DNA of 46,313 nucleotides from positions 1 to 46,313 of the forward strand of contig CAZWBO010000002.1 of assembly GCA_964632375.1 (NCBI GenBank), given 5' to 3'. How positions within the stretch are numbered: the first letter of the stretch is position 1; each line of letters opens with the position of its first letter. The stretch is from an uncultured Candidatus Peribacteria bacterium (GTDB taxonomy: Bacteria; Patescibacteriota; Gracilibacteria; Peribacterales; Peribacteraceae). This document shows, in pieces, positions 8,505-17,339 of this stretch. A program made the translations under genes and the position numbers. The notes below the pieces were generated by a model. It was not told the DNA's origin and ran no database searches. It saw nothing but the letters and a program-made list of their open reading frames with translations.

Positions 8505-9374
8505 TCACCGCCCCATCGTCGCGTCCAGCGTCATCATCCCCGTCGCCAGCTCGGCGAAGAACTTCTGCTGATGGTCGTCATCCGCATACGGTGAAAGCGT
8601 ATGCCATGGGGCGATGTACTGCTTGATCACGTGGTGGAGGCCGGTGATCTCCTCGGCGGCGATGCGGTGCGTGCGCCAATCCAGCGCCTGTTGGTCGAAC
8701 GTAACGAGCAGGTGGTGCAGCCGCGCGACGGTGCGGCAGACGGCGTCGAGCAGGAGGTACTCGCGCTTGGCGTCGATGGTGTAGAGGTGGGGGTTCTGGC
8801 TGTAGAAGTCGGGAATTCCCTCCAGCAGTGTTTGCGCGTGGCGGCAGGCGATGGCGATATTCTCCCAGTCGTGGTCGGCGACGGTCTGGCCGCTCGTCAT
8901 GTGCTGGATGATCCGGTCGAAATCTTTACGGATGATGAAGAGCCCCTCGCGCGTGTTGTAGAACACGTCTTCGAAGGTCAGCCGGTACACGCGGTCGAGA
9001 GTGATCTCCTGGCGGTACGAGACGAGCTTCGCAACGAAGATGCCGGAGATGAAGAGCCCCGACAGACTCTGGACTGCCGCGACGAACTTCGCCAAACCGT
9101 GCGGCACGAGATCGCCGTAGCCGACGGTGGTGGACGTGATGGTACTGAAGTACAAGGCATTGCCGAGTTTGCGCAGTGCGGACATCCCTTCCAGTGCGAT
9201 GATGCCGTTGTTGCTTCCTCGGAAACTCAGCGAGAAGTACGTGAGCGCGAAGACGAGGACCATACCCATCCACACCAGGAGCAACTGCCGGTACGAGGTA
9301 TTCGTGAACGACTCGATCGCTCGAAGGGGATTTCGGTACCGCTGCCACGCGCTATTGTGCGGCGAATTATTCAT
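8505..9374 (-). CDS. 2-TM potassium channel family protein
   Basis: 289 aa with the selectivity filter TTVGYGD flanked by two TM helices, plus a cytoplasmic C-terminal domain of unknown type. Confidence 0.85.
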   Translation of the reverse strand: MNNSPHNSAWQRYRNPLRAIESFTNTSYRQLLLVWMGMVLVFALTYFSLSFRGSNNGIIALEGMSALRKLGNALYFSTITSTTVGYGDLVPHGLAKFVAAVQSLSGLFISGIFVAKLVSYRQEITLDRVYRLTFEDVFYNTREGLFIIRKDFDRIIQHMTSGQTVADHDWENIAIACRHAQTLLEGIPDFYSQNPHLYTIDAKREYLLLDAVCRTVARLHHLLVTFDQQALDWRTHRIAAEEITGLHHVIKQYIAPWHTLSPYADDDHQQKFFAELATGMMTLDATMGR

Positions 9375-9429
9375 CGGTCGTGCAGTGTGTGGATTCTTGC
9401 CGGCCTTGGAAAGGATTGTAACTTGATAT

Positions 9430-9741
9430 TTATTTCTCAGGTTTCGTCGTACTACTTTTTACGATGGTGTCGCTTGCTGCAGCCGGCGGTGCAGCGGATT
9501 TCTCCGCATCAGCCGCCCGCGCCGTTTCGGACGGTGGGGATTGCCTCGTTGATGCAACAGACGCACTCGCATCGGTCTTGTAAAACCCCGATCCCTTGAA
9601 CACGATGGATGGCGGGCTGATCAACTTCGTCACTTTTTTGCCCTTGCAGCTGGGGCACGGAGGCTTCGTTTTGCTGCCGAAGGGAAGCGACTCTTCGAAT
9701 GTATGGCCGCAGGGGTCGCACCGGAAATCGAAGGTGGGCAT
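9430..9741 (-). CDS. FmdB-family zinc-ribbon protein
   Basis: 103 aa. The N-terminus MPTFDFRCDPCGHTFE...CPSCKG carries the CxxC...CxxC signature, followed by a low-complexity Ala/Ser/Pro tail. Confidence 0.8.
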   Translation of the reverse strand: MPTFDFRCDPCGHTFEESLPFGSKTKPPCPSCKGKKVTKLISPPSIVFKGSGFYKTDASASVASTRQSPPSETARAADAEKSAAPPAAASDTIVKSSTTKPEK

Positions 9742-9763
9742 AGGGGGCGGAGTGTAGCAGAGC

Positions 9764-10132
9764 TTACGCGGCTTTTCTGTGTATGTGATCCACTCCGGCG
9801 GCTTCTTCGATCAGATCCTGACCGGCGGCGCCCATAATGCCAATTCCTGTCGTGATCCGCGTGACGATGCCGGCATCGCTCCAAAATACTGTTTCGAGCG
9901 AGCGTCGCGTGCGTGCCATGTGGCCGACCAGTGGCGGCACGTCCTCTGTCGTCCCGTCGATTGTGCGTGCGAGTTTGTCGAAGAGGAGATCAGGTCCCTC
10001 AAGAAGAACACTCGACACACCCGCAAGGTTCTTGAGCGGATCACCGCGATAATCGTCGCCCGCTCGATTGCGCCACTCATGGAGCGTCGATTTGTACGCC
10101 ATCAGCCGATGTTCGCGAGAGAAAAATTGCAT
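9764..10132 (-). CDS. hypothetical protein
   Basis: 122-aa ORF with GC-rich third positions. No motif recognised. Confidence 0.45.
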   Translation of the reverse strand: MQFFSREHRLMAYKSTLHEWRNRAGDDYRGDPLKNLAGVSSVLLEGPDLLFDKLARTIDGTTEDVPPLVGHMARTRRSLETVFWSDAGIVTRITTGIGIMGAAGQDLIEEAAGVDHIHRKAA

Positions 10133-10180
10133 AACGATAGATTCATCCTACTGTCCACCGACGGAAATGCACAGAAAAAC

Positions 10181-10290
10181 TTGCATTTTGTGTGACAACT
10201 AAGTATAACTCAGGCGCTTTGCGCGCAAGCGCAGCTCCGCTCTTTCTATTCTCTTGAAAAATGACCGCCTTCAACGGCGGTTATTTTTTT
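10181..10290 (+). promoter_or_regulatory. promoter plus ~75-nt transcript ending in an intrinsic terminator (candidate sRNA or attenuator leader)
   Basis: TTGCAT (10181-10186), a 17-nt spacer, then TATAAC (10204-10209). This is followed by hairpin GCGCTT-tgcgcgc-AAGCGC. The terminator is ACCGCC-ttcaac-GGCGGT (10264-10281) followed by TTATTTTTTT. Confidence 0.5.
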
Positions 10291-10361
10291 GTCTGCGCTC
10301 TTCTTCTTACATTCATGTTCTCTCCTCTCTCCTGCTACTATCACTTCGTTTCCCTCCTTCC

Positions 10362-10766
10362 ATGCGCAACCGACTCAAGACCGTCTTCCCGCACCCCTGG
10401 CTGCATTACGAGCTCAACGCGCGTCAGCGGCAGTGGGTGCTGATCCTCTTGAGCCTCGCGTTCAGCATCTTCGTCTTTCTGGTGCGGATGACGACCGGCA
10501 CGCCGTTCGATCTGTTCCTCTGGGGTGGGTCCATGATCTTCATGGCGATCTTCTGTCCGCCGTCGCTCAGCTCGACGCAGAAGGTCTGCGGCAACTGGCT
10601 CGACACGGTGGGGGATGGCACGTGGTTCTCTATTCACATCCTCAGCAACGCTCTCTTCTACTCCCTGATCCTGATCATCGCCATTTTCCTCGTGCGATTG
10701 GTAAACCAGAGCGAGAAAGACGTGGAGGCGAGCACGCTGCTGGAGGGGGCGGATAAGGATGAGTAA
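10362..10766 (+). CDS. hypothetical membrane protein
   Basis: The ORF track gives 10254-10766. The ATG at 10362 (MRNRLKTVF...) precedes 3-4 hydrophobic helices. Confidence 0.55.
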   Translation: MRNRLKTVFPHPWLHYELNARQRQWVLILLSLAFSIFVFLVRMTTGTPFDLFLWGGSMIFMAIFCPPSLSSTQKVCGNWLDTVGDGTWFSIHILSNALFYSLILIIAIFLVRLVNQSEKDVEASTLLEGADKDE

Positions 10767-10769
10767 CGA

Positions 10770-11288
10770 TCATCTGATGAGAGGTCTGATATTTTTAATC
10801 GCTGAATTGCAGATATCGAGAACTGGTGCGGCAACACTCATCGCAGCTTGAATGTGCACCGGGAAGCCGAATACAAGCAAACTCTCTCCTTCCTTTAAAA
10901 AAGGTGTCATTCTTGCGTCCGCATGGCTTGCGTCCTGTGACGCAAATTCATAGATGAAATCAACTTTGGTTATCTCTTTTTCGGCAACCTGCATTTTCTC
11001 ATTAAGAAATTCTTGAAGTGTACTTTGTTCTTGTCTGAGTGCTCCAGGAGTAGACACTACTAAGTACTTCTGCTGAGTGTATTTTTCTATGAAGTATAGG
11101 AGAAGGCCCCGATTTCTTTGTTTTTTGTCATCACAAATTAAGGATCGCAGATTTGAAAGAAGTCTCTTGTAAGCTGATAGATTTCCATTTTCAATTTCCA
11201 GATAGGCACTATGAGCTTCCTGGAAGTGTATCTCCAGGTCTTGGAATCTGCGGGTATCAGATCGTTTCTCATACATGGTTATTCTCAT
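10770..11288 (-). CDS. hypothetical protein (low-GC orphan)
   Basis: 172-aa ORF that is markedly more AT-rich than its neighbours. It is convergent with the previous gene, with stops 3 nt apart. No motif recognised. Confidence 0.5.
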   Translation of the reverse strand: MRITMYEKRSDTRRFQDLEIHFQEAHSAYLEIENGNLSAYKRLLSNLRSLICDDKKQRNRGLLLYFIEKYTQQKYLVVSTPGALRQEQSTLQEFLNEKMQVAEKEITKVDFIYEFASQDASHADARMTPFLKEGESLLVFGFPVHIQAAMSVAAPVLDICNSAIKNIRPLIR

Positions 11289-11318
11289 TCTACAGCTGCC
11301 GTGTTTACTGAAACAGGG

Positions 11319-11347
11319 TTGGAGTTACAAATAATGCTAGCTAATAT
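11319..11347 (+). promoter_or_regulatory. candidate valS promoter (would give a leaderless or near-leaderless mRNA)
   Basis: TTGGAG (11319-11324), a 17-nt spacer, then TAATAT (11342-11347). The valS ATG is at 11356, only 8 nt after the -10 box. Confidence 0.4.
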
Positions 11348-11355
11348 CCTTACAA

Positions 11356-14052
11356 ATGCTCCCCAAAGCCTACTCCGCTGGCGACGTCGAAGATCACATC
11401 TACCAGCTTTGGGAGGAATCCGGCGCTTTCACGCCCGATGCCACGAGTAGCAAGGAGCCGTTCACCATCAGCATGCCGCCGCCGAATGCGACGGGGCAGC
11501 TGCATTTGGGTCACGCGGCTCGGGCGACGACGGAAGATATTTTCATTCGGTCGGCCCGCATGCAGGGGAAGGAAGCCTTGTGGGTGCCGGGAACGGATCA
11601 TGCAGCGATCGCGACGGAGAGCGTGGTCATTCGCCTTTTGAAGGAACAAGGAATGAGCGACCCTCGCAAGGAACTTGGACGCGAGAAGCTCGTCGAGAAG
11701 ATCGCCGAATTCGTGGAGCAGAGCCGCGGGACTATTCGTAGTCAGATCCGCAAGATGGGTGCGAGCTGCGACTGGACGCGTGAGCGCTACACGTTGGAGC
11801 CGGCGCTCAACCGCGTCGTGAACGAGATTTTTGCGCGCATGTACGCCGATGGTTTGATCTATCGCGGCCATCGCATCGTGAACTGGGATCCCAAACTGCA
11901 GACGACTATTTCCGATGACGAGATCGCGTGGAAGGAGGAAACCGTGCCGTACTACACGTTCCAGTACGGCCCGTTCCAGATCTCTACGGCGCGGCCGGAG
12001 ACGAAGTTCGGCGACAAGTACGTGGTGATGCACCCGGACGACGAGCGCTACGCGCAGTACAAGAACGGCGACACGTTCGAGGCCGAGTGGATCAACGGCC
12101 CCGTGCGCGCGACGGTGATCAAAGACATAGCGGTCGATCCATCCTTTGGCACGGGCGTGATGACCATCACGCCGTGGCACGATACGGCGGACTTCGAGAT
12201 TGCCGAACGGCATGGGTTGGAGCGCGAGCAGGTCATCGATTTTCAGGGGAATTTACTGCCGATCGCCGAGGAATTCGCCGGTATGTCCATCGAGAAGGCG
12301 CGTCCGCTCGTGGTGGAGAAACTGAAAGCGAAAGGTCTGGTTGTGAAGGTGGATGAGCACTACGTGCACAACAAAGCGACCAGTAGCCGCGGCGGAGGCA
12401 CGGTGGAGCCGCAGATCAAACTGCAGTGGTTCATCGATGTGAATAAGGAATCCATCGCATGGAACGGCAGTGGTGAGCAGAGCCGAAATGGTGAGCGGAG
12501 TCGAACCATGAGCTTGAAGCAGATTATGCACAGCGTGATCCATCACGGCGATATCACCCTCGTCCCTGATCGATTCAATAAAATGTATTTCCATTGGATT
12601 GATAATTTGCGTGATTGGTGCATTTCACGTCAGATTTGGTGGGGGCATCGTGTCCCTGTTTGGTATCGCGGTGATGAGATCCATACAGGTGCGAAGCCGC
12701 CCGAAGGTGATGGCTGGGAACAGGACACCGATACGTTGGATACGTGGTTCAGTTCAGCGTTATGGACATGGAGTACATTGATTGATCCCACACTCGCATT
12801 GGATATGACTGTATCATTTGAGGATTTACTCAAGCGTAGTCCTGATTTTCAGAAATTCCATCCTACCCAGGTTATGGAGACGGCCTGGGATATTATCTTC
12901 TTCTGGGTGGCACGTATGATTCTCATGACCACCTATGCAACGGGTCAGATTCCGTTCAGAGTTGTGTATCTTTCGGGACTTATTCGCGCGAGAGATGGAC
13001 GGAAAATGAGCAAGTCGCACCCGGAAACAATGATCGACCCACTGGAGATGATTGATGACTATGGAACGGACGCCCTGCGTCTGTCGCTTATTCTGGGTCA
13101 GGCCGCAGGGAACGATTCCCGTCTCTACCGAGAGAAAATCGCCGGCTACCGCAACTTCATCAATAAACTCTGGAACGCGTCGCGGTTCATTCTGCTGCAG
13201 TGCGAATCGGCGGCCATCGATCCGCACGAGGTAGAACTGTTTGATCAACAGGGATTAAGCCTGGCGGATCAGGCGCTGCTCTCTGCTCTGCAGGACGTCG
13301 TGGCCGATGTCACGAAAGGGCTGCAAGAGTACAGACTCAGCGAAGTGGGCGAGCGGCTCTACGCGTTCGTGTGGGATTACTTCTGCGATTGGTATTTGGA
13401 ACTGAGCAAAGGCCAGGCCAACTACGCCGTGCTGCTGCATGCTCTGCGGACGATCCTCAAGCTGCTGCATCCGTACTGCCCGTTCGTCACGGAGGAAATC
13501 TGGAGCCACGTGAAGCCGAAGCACGCCGGATTGCTCATTAAAGAGGAATGGCCGTTGGCCGACGAGGCGTGTAAGAATCCATCGGCGTTCGATCAGCTGC
13601 AAGTAGTTATCGACGTGGTCACCGCCATCCGCAAGCTGCGGACGGATCATCAGGTGCCTCTCGAAGCTCGCCCGCTCGTGGTGATCATCACGAAGGATCA
13701 CGCCGATACTCTTCGGAGCCAGGCGGAACAGATCGTGCGTTTGGCGAGAATAGCGAAGCTGCATGTGGAAGATGTCGCTCCCGCAGGAGAAGTGATCAGC
13801 GCTTTCCTCTCGGGCATCGAGGTGCATCTTCAGATGGAGGGATTGATAGACAAAGAGAAAGAGCGCACGAATTTGCAAAAAGAGCAGGAGGGTTTGGAGA
13901 AGTACCGGCAGGGGATCGCGGCGAAGTTGGCGAACAAGCAGTTCATCGAGAAGGCGCCGCACGCGCTCGTCGCCGCCGAGCGGCAGAAATTGGCTGAAAC
14001 AGAAGAGAATCTGGCGAAGATCGCGGATCGCCTGGGAAAACTGGAATCGTAA
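11356..14052 (+). CDS. valS: valine--tRNA ligase
   Basis: 898 aa with HIGH motif PPPNATGQLHLGHA, KMSKS motif GRKMSKS, an editing domain and a C-terminal coiled coil. Confidence 0.97.
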   Translation: MLPKAYSAGDVEDHIYQLWEESGAFTPDATSSKEPFTISMPPPNATGQLHLGHAARATTEDIFIRSARMQGKEALWVPGTDHAAIATESVVIRLLKEQGMSDPRKELGREKLVEKIAEFVEQSRGTIRSQIRKMGASCDWTRERYTLEPALNRVVNEIFARMYADGLIYRGHRIVNWDPKLQTTISDDEIAWKEETVPYYTFQYGPFQISTARPETKFGDKYVVMHPDDERYAQYKNGDTFEAEWINGPVRATVIKDIAVDPSFGTGVMTITPWHDTADFEIAERHGLEREQVIDFQGNLLPIAEEFAGMSIEKARPLVVEKLKAKGLVVKVDEHYVHNKATSSRGGGTVEPQIKLQWFIDVNKESIAWNGSGEQSRNGERSRTMSLKQIMHSVIHHGDITLVPDRFNKMYFHWIDNLRDWCISRQIWWGHRVPVWYRGDEIHTGAKPPEGDGWEQDTDTLDTWFSSALWTWSTLIDPTLALDMTVSFEDLLKRSPDFQKFHPTQVMETAWDIIFFWVARMILMTTYATGQIPFRVVYLSGLIRARDGRKMSKSHPETMIDPLEMIDDYGTDALRLSLILGQAAGNDSRLYREKIAGYRNFINKLWNASRFILLQCESAAIDPHEVELFDQQGLSLADQALLSALQDVVADVTKGLQEYRLSEVGERLYAFVWDYFCDWYLELSKGQANYAVLLHALRTILKLLHPYCPFVTEEIWSHVKPKHAGLLIKEEWPLADEACKNPSAFDQLQVVIDVVTAIRKLRTDHQVPLEARPLVVIITKDHADTLRSQAEQIVRLARIAKLHVEDVAPAGEVISAFLSGIEVHLQMEGLIDKEKERTNLQKEQEGLEKYRQGIAAKLANKQFIEKAPHALVAAERQKLAETEENLAKIADRLGKLES

Positions 14053-14218
14053 TATTCTCAGAATCCGGATTCTTGCGTACCCTCAGCAATAGTTTTCACG
14101 TTTCCGGTGATAGTTGAGGATGAATCGTCGGTCCGCCTCTTCTCTCTGTCTTCTGGTTTCTCACTTCTGTCTTCTTCTCCCATCGAGGGCACGATTCTGC
14201 TGCGCAGACAAAAATCTT

Positions 14219-14253
14219 TTGACAGTGAACGACCGTCCACCTACACTGGTGTA
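14219..14253 (+). promoter_or_regulatory. candidate lexA promoter with overlapping palindrome (possible LexA operator)
   Basis: TTGACA (14219-14224), a 17-nt spacer, then TACACT (14242-14247). The palindrome TACAC-TG-GTGTA (14242-14253) overlaps the -10 box. Confidence 0.35.
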
Positions 14254-14275
14254 CGAACGTTTCCCCCCACGCCGC

Positions 14276-14887
14276 ATGTCTCTCACCCCCCACCAGCGCA
14301 CGGTTCTCAGTTACATCGGCGAGTTCCAGCACAAGCGGGGCTACTCGCCCTCGCTGGCGGATCTGGCCATTGCGTTCGGCGTGCGGAGCAAGAACGCCAT
14401 CGCGAAGGTGGTGAACGTCCTCACGCGCGACGGGCACCTGGAGAAAGATCCCAAAGGACGTATCAAGATTCTCGAGCGCGCGGAGGAAGCAGTACAGGCG
14501 GCCTTCCGGCCTCTTTCCCTTCCGCTTTTCGGTCCCATCTCGGCCGGTTTCGCGGCTCCGGTGGAGGAGCAAGCCGAAGAGACGGTGACGCTGGAGGATT
14601 ATCTCGTTCGCGATAAAGCCGCCACGTTCCTCCTGCGCGTGAAGGGCGACAGCATGATCAATGCTGGCATCCAGGAAGGGGATTTAGTCATCGTCGAGCG
14701 TGGCGCTCCGCCGAAGGTGCACGATATCGTCGTAGGTGTCCTCGATGGCGAATTCACGCTCAAACGCCTGCGCAAAGAGAAAGGCCGCTACTTCCTGCAG
14801 GCCGAGAACGACGCCTACCCGGATCTCTACGCCATGGATGAGCTCCAGGTGGCGGGGGTGGTGAGAGGCGTCATACGAAAGTACTAG
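14276..14887 (+). CDS. lexA: LexA repressor
   Basis: The ORF track starts at 14114. The conserved protein starts at the ATG at 14276 (MSLTPHQRTVLSYIGEF...). It has an N-terminal winged HTH and an S24 peptidase domain with GDSMINAGI and FTLKRL (Ser/Lys dyad). Confidence 0.9.
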   Translation: MSLTPHQRTVLSYIGEFQHKRGYSPSLADLAIAFGVRSKNAIAKVVNVLTRDGHLEKDPKGRIKILERAEEAVQAAFRPLSLPLFGPISAGFAAPVEEQAEETVTLEDYLVRDKAATFLLRVKGDSMINAGIQEGDLVIVERGAPPKVHDIVVGVLDGEFTLKRLRKEKGRYFLQAENDAYPDLYAMDELQVAGVVRGVIRKY

Positions 14888-14935
14888 AAGGGTAGTCGTA
14901 CACCATCGGCTGCTCGATCTTTTTCCTGATGAACC

Positions 14936-16196
14936 ATGATTGCTCATGTGGATGCGGATGCTTTTTTTGCATCAGTGCTGGTGCGGAAAGATCCCCGATT
15001 GCAAGGAAAGCCGCTGCTGGCTCTCGGTATGGGTGGAGGGTGTGTCATCGCCGCGAGCTACGAGGCGAAGGCCAAAGGAGTACGCACGGGCATGCGACTG
15101 ACTGACGCTTTGAGACTCTGTCCCGAGGCGCTGAAAGTGCATTCCGATTTCCGCGAAACAGGCCTCGCGTCGGATCAGATCGTTTCGATCATCGAGGAAC
15201 ACTGTCCGTTCATTGAGCAGTTCTCCATCGATGAGTGGTTTCTGGATCTCACGAGCCTGGTCGGCGGCGTGCCGGGGGATCTGACGGCATGGGCGACGCA
15301 TCTGCGACAGGAGATTCTAAAGCGCACTGGTCTCTCTGTGTCGGCGGGAATCGGCGCATCGAAGCTGTTGGCGAAGATGGCGTCGGAGTACCGCAAGCCT
15401 GGCGGTGTTACAGTTGTTTTGAATGATTCCTCCTTCCCCGGCAGGCAGGCGGTGGGGCCGGGGGAAGGTGCCCCGCAGGGCGGAAGGGGCCCTCCTCCGA
15501 GAAACCTTCCTCCGCGACCGCCCCGCCGCCGCCATCCCGGGCATCGGTCCGCGTCGGCTCGTGCACGTGGAGCGATTGGGATTAAAAACAGCGTGGGATA
15601 TCGCCATGGCGAATAGTGCCGTCCTCAAGCAGTACTTCGGGCAGAACGGCGTGGAGATGCAGCGTGAACTCTTGGGTGAACGCTTGTCGCCGGTGGCGCG
15701 CTCGTCGGCGTCGCCGAAGTCGGTCTCGCGGGCGCGGAGCTTTCCGCCATTGCGCGATCGTGCGGTGCTGTGGGCGCATGCGTTGCGACATATGGAGTAC
15801 ATCGTGCTCAAGATGCGCCGCCAGGATCTCGCGTGCCGAGGAGCGTCTCTCTGGCTGCGCGACGACCGCTACGGGTACGAGAGCTCGCACGTGTCGCTTC
15901 CGCAGCCGTTCGATACCGAAGATCACCTGCGCCCGTACGTGGAGCGCTGCTTCCGGCACCTGTACCGGCAGGGATACGCCTACACCCAAGTGGGTCTGTC
16001 GCTGTGGAACCTGTGCCCGCGAGGTGGACAACAGTTCTCGCTGTTCGAGCATCCTCGCGTGCTTCTGGAGCGCGAAGCGCTTCAGAAATCTCTGGATACT
16101 GTGCACGAGCGTTTCGGGCGCGATGCCGTTACCCGAGCGTCGGCACTAAGGGTGAAGAGTGGAACGAAGAAAGATGTGCCGTGGTGGGAGATGTAG
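14936..16196 (+). pseudogene. dinB: DNA polymerase IV (Y-family, DinB) with interrupted reading frame
   Basis: The N-terminal half is in ORF 14936-15616 (MIAHVDADAFFASV, SIDEWFLDL, SAGIGASKLLAKMASEYRKPGG). The C-terminal half is in ORF 15423-16196, in the +1 frame (ETFLRDRPAAAIPGIGPRRL...). The switch lies inside a ~70-nt GC-rich palindromic insert. This could be a true pseudogene, a 1-nt assembly error or recoding. Confidence 0.8.
15428..15497. repeat. GC-rich palindromic repeat element, copy B (inside dinB)
   Basis: CCTTCCCCGGC (15433-15443) pairs with GCCGGGGGAAGG (15458-15469). The 18-nt block 15459-15476 is identical to 31-48. The insert is flanked by TCCTCC at 15428-15433 and 15493-15498. 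Confidence 0.65.
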
Positions 16197-16369
16197 GGAA
16201 TCCGCGGCATTAGGCTTCAGTCAGCATTGATCAGTATCTGTGGTATTTTTCGTAAAGTGGGAGCAGGTTTACAACCTGCGGTCGTCTCTCTGCATTCACC
16301 CAAACTCAGCCTTTGATCGATAAGTCCTGTAGTTATATGTCTTAAGAATCCGTGATTCCTTATCCTCAC

Positions 16370-17284
16370 TCAAATCTCCTCCACATCAATCACCGTTAGA
16401 TCCTTCTGACGCGTCAGTTCCAGGAAGGCGAGTGTCCACACCGTGCGGCGGAACACGTGCAGGTAGCCGAAGAAGTAGCTCACCACGCCGATGAGGATGA
16501 TGCCGAGGAGTCCGGCGATGACGTAGCTCACGAGCGGCGAGAGCACATGGACGAGCACGAAGCCGGTGCCGAACACGATGCCGGGGATGAGCAGGATGAC
16601 AATGGCGTTGATGAACACGCGGATGGAAATGATGAACAGGAGCAGCATGAGGAAGACGATGTGGCCCAGGTGGCTGATGAGGAGTTTGAAGCTGTGTCCC
16701 ATCGACTGGAAGATATTCCACTGTTTGATGACGATGCCCTGCTCGGTGAAGCTCGCCATGAATTTGAGCACGCTCGAGAGGAGCCAGAAGGCGATGACGA
16801 CGGCGACCATGAAGAACTTCACATTGCCGTCGATGTACCGCAGCGCGATTGAGACGAGTGTGATGGTGGTGGACCAGCTGGCGAGTACGAAGAACTCATG
16901 CGCGCCGAAAATGGGGAGGAAATTGTACAAGGCCAGGATCAGTCCGCCTTTGACCGGCTCTTGGCGGTGCGACTTCGCCGCCAGCCCGATGATGGCGCCG
17001 GCAGCGATGTGGGGGAAAATCCACTCTACGGCCAGCAGAAGGCCAAAACCGATGAGAATGGAGAGGAACAACCCGAAGGGCACATGGTTGTAGAGCCACT
17101 CGAAATCGTCGAAGAAGCCGACACGCTTCTCGGCGAAGTACGCGTAGATGAAGTACACTTGGTAGGCGAGGAGTTTTGTGTCGAGAAATGTCTCGCAGAA
17201 CGATTCGGCGAATCCCCAGCGGCGCAGCGATTTCTCGCGCACGGTAATGGCCCAGGCCTCGGCGATGATCTCGCGGGGAGTCAT
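16370..17284 (-). CDS. hypothetical polytopic membrane protein
   Basis: The ORF track gives 16370-17350. The ATG at 17284 (MTPREIIAEAW...) is followed by at least 6 hydrophobic helices. Confidence 0.6.
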   Translation of the reverse strand: MTPREIIAEAWAITVREKSLRRWGFAESFCETFLDTKLLAYQVYFIYAYFAEKRVGFFDDFEWLYNHVPFGLFLSILIGFGLLLAVEWIFPHIAAGAIIGLAAKSHRQEPVKGGLILALYNFLPIFGAHEFFVLASWSTTITLVSIALRYIDGNVKFFMVAVVIAFWLLSSVLKFMASFTEQGIVIKQWNIFQSMGHSFKLLISHLGHIVFLMLLLFIISIRVFINAIVILLIPGIVFGTGFVLVHVLSPLVSYVIAGLLGIILIGVVSYFFGYLHVFRRTVWTLAFLELTRQKDLTVIDVEEI

Positions 17285-17339
17285 GGGGGGATGATACAGG
17301 GAGGTGGTGGGGCGTTCTAAGAAATTGGAGGTGCTACGC

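Noticed and set aside
14114-14275. N-terminal extensions offered by the ORF track for lexA (14114), rplJ (23627), dtd (23815), yhhQ (39441), the LCP gene (19119), the PfkB kinase (34528), the lipoprotein (36936) and the surface protein (37032).
   Set aside because: In each case the extension is non-conserved, often encoded by spacer repeats. An internal ATG or GTG coincides with the conserved N-terminus or the signal peptide.
15428-15498. Translational bypassing (T4 gene 60-like hop) across the dinB insert, using the flanking TCC TCC codons.
   Set aside because: Landing on the downstream TCC codons (15493-15498) leaves the ribosome in the wrong frame for ...RETFLRD.... The direct-repeat offset is 65 nt (3n+2), whereas 3n+1 is required.
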